Below are positions 62,329-64,000 of a DNA stretch of 64,000 bases, piece by piece. A model generated the notes under the pieces. The model did no database searches and had not been told where the DNA came from. It was given only the letters and a program-made list of their open reading frames with translations. Origin of the DNA: Lama glama (Eukaryota); NCBI GenBank assembly GCA_028534125.1, contig JAPYYK010000086.1, forward strand, positions 1,550,001 through 1,614,000. The letters run 5' to 3'. The first letter of the stretch is position 1. Each line of letters starts with the position of its first letter. A program made the translations under genes and the position numbers.

Positions 62329-63691
62329 ACTTACCTGGAAAAATCACAAATGTTCGGGAATTAAACAATACCCTCCTTCTAAATAACCCATGAATCAAAG
62401 GAAAATCACAAAGACTCTTACAACATATTTTGACCTGCATGATAAGGGAAGCACAAATGCCAACTATTGTGGGATACTGTGAAAGCAGTGCTTACAGAAA
62501 AAAATCAGCTTTAAATACTTAGAATAAGAAAAAAGGTTTAAAATCAATATTATTCTGCATCAAAAGAAACTAGAATTAGTAGAACAGATTAAATATAAAA
62601 TAACTAGAAGAAAGGGAATAAGAAAAACAGAGAGAAAATTGATGAAATGTAAGATGAACAAACAGTGGAGAAAACCAACGAAGACAAAATTTGGATATTT
62701 GTAATGCTTCTAATGCTTCATATAATTGATAGCGTCTTGGCAAGATGATCAAGAAGAAAAAAAAAGAATTAACAAGAAATTCAAAAAGAAACAAAAATAA
62801 TTTGTCATTATAGATTATACAGCATTAAGGGGATAAAACTATACCAATATAGCAACAAACTGAAATGAAACAGATACATTTCTTGAAAAACAAAAATTAC
62901 CAAAACTGATAAAGAAGAAATAAAAAATTTAAATAGTCTGAAATCCATTAAAACGTATCCATAGCAAAAACATTTTCCCAAAGAAAACCCCAGGCCAAGG
63001 TAGCTATTTAAGAAAGAAACGGTACCAACCCCACATACGGTCTTTCACAAAAGAGATGGAGTATTTCCCAATTTTTTTTCATAAAGCCAGTATTACTTTG
63101 ATACTAACACCTGACAAAGATTACAAGAAAAGAAAAACTACAGCTATAAACCCTTCACAACCATAGACATGAAAACCCTTAACGTGTATTACTAGCTAAT
63201 CAAATCTAGCAATACAAATAAGGATAATACATTGATCAAGATAGGCTTACCTCAGGGATTCAAGGTTGATTGGACACTGAAAAAACTATAATTCATGACA
63301 TTAACAAAATGAACGAAAAAAGCCACATGATCATCTCACTGGATGCAGAAAAAATATCAGACAAATTCAGTATCCAAAGGATATTCAAAATATTCTTCAC
63401 GATAAACTCTCTCAGCAAACTAGCAACAGCAGAAAACTTAACTGGATGACACAACTACATCTCACCAACACATAACACCATACATATTGACAAAACTGAA
63501 CATTTTAATTCTGCCACTAAGCATAAAGCAGGGATATCTTGAATGAAGACATCTATACCATCGAATTCAACCAGGACTGGCAGTACCACTCAACATTTTT
63601 ATAAGTGATTTGGAAGATCTGCAAGTGTGCAGATGCTGTTGACTTCTTTCTGGTGGGATCAAGCCAAAATTATAGCACAATCTCTAGTGGA

Positions 63692-63860
63692 GAGCATGTT
63701 TTCAAATTGTAGGTCGGGATTTATTGGTGGGTTATAAAACCAATTTAGTAAGTAAAGATCAAAATATTTTTAAAGAACAAAATTAGCTAGATGAGACTAA
63801 AAAATATCAGAATGAATGTTTCAAGGGGATATTATTTTGTAAACTTTTTGTTTAAAATAC
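63692..63860. mobile_element. hAT-Charlie MITE (MER112-like)
   Basis: ttttcaaattgtaggtcggga...gtgggttataaaaccaatttagt...aaaatatcagaatg...aaactttttgttt. Confidence 0.5.
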
Positions 63861-64000
63861 ATTGGGCTGTCTTCTTCCAAAATGGCTTAAAATTTTCTTT
63901 AAGTGAGCAATGGTTACTCAGAGAGGGAGAATAGTGGAATAGTGGTTGCTTATTACTATAGTCCAACCAAGCCTTGGCTGCCCTGTGTTTAAATTTACTT

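Larger units (their letters stand above)
58067..63460 (+). mobile_element. Old, 5'-complete L1 (5' UTR, ORF1, ORF2 up to the start of RT), degenerate, with nested insertions
   Basis: 5' motif gatttctgcttccaggtcagatg; ORF1 relics NTYVNGVPE and NQEAQHTPSRIN (about 59310-59470); ORF2 relic HMIISLDAEKISDK at 63324. Confidence 0.85.

Noticed and set aside
1-64000. CRISPR array, operon, prophage, mitochondrial insertion (NUMT) or processed pseudogene
   Set aside because: No regularly spaced repeats, no gene-dense segment, and no mitochondrial or recognisable mRNA-like sequence seen. The content is typical eutherian repeat-rich non-coding DNA.

Overview
This is eutherian mammalian genomic DNA, most likely from a camelid (camel or alpaca). 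That assignment rests on five tRNA-Ala-derived SINEs resembling the camelid Vic-1 family and on several young L1 3' ends that share one distinctive terminus. The window is AT-rich, intronic or intergenic, and heavily filled with repeats: L1 of several ages, L2, MIR, MaLR/ERVL LTRs, and hAT and Tigger DNA transposons. It has five N gaps. None of the listed ORFs is a credible gene: they are repeat-derived, low-complexity, gap-spanning or of chance length. No prokaryote-type system (CRISPR array, operon and so on) is present, and I cannot support a new multi-gene system. The best non-repeat signal is two perfect or near-perfect RFX X-boxes (760-772 and 12981-12993). Each lies just upstream of a strong minus-strand splice donor, and each donor ends an ATG-initiated open frame in phase 1. 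These may be alternative first exons of an unidentified minus-strand gene that continues left of the window, possibly a cilia- or testis-type gene. Repeat family names come from recalled consensus sequences rather than a RepeatMasker run, and boundaries of old repeats are approximate.
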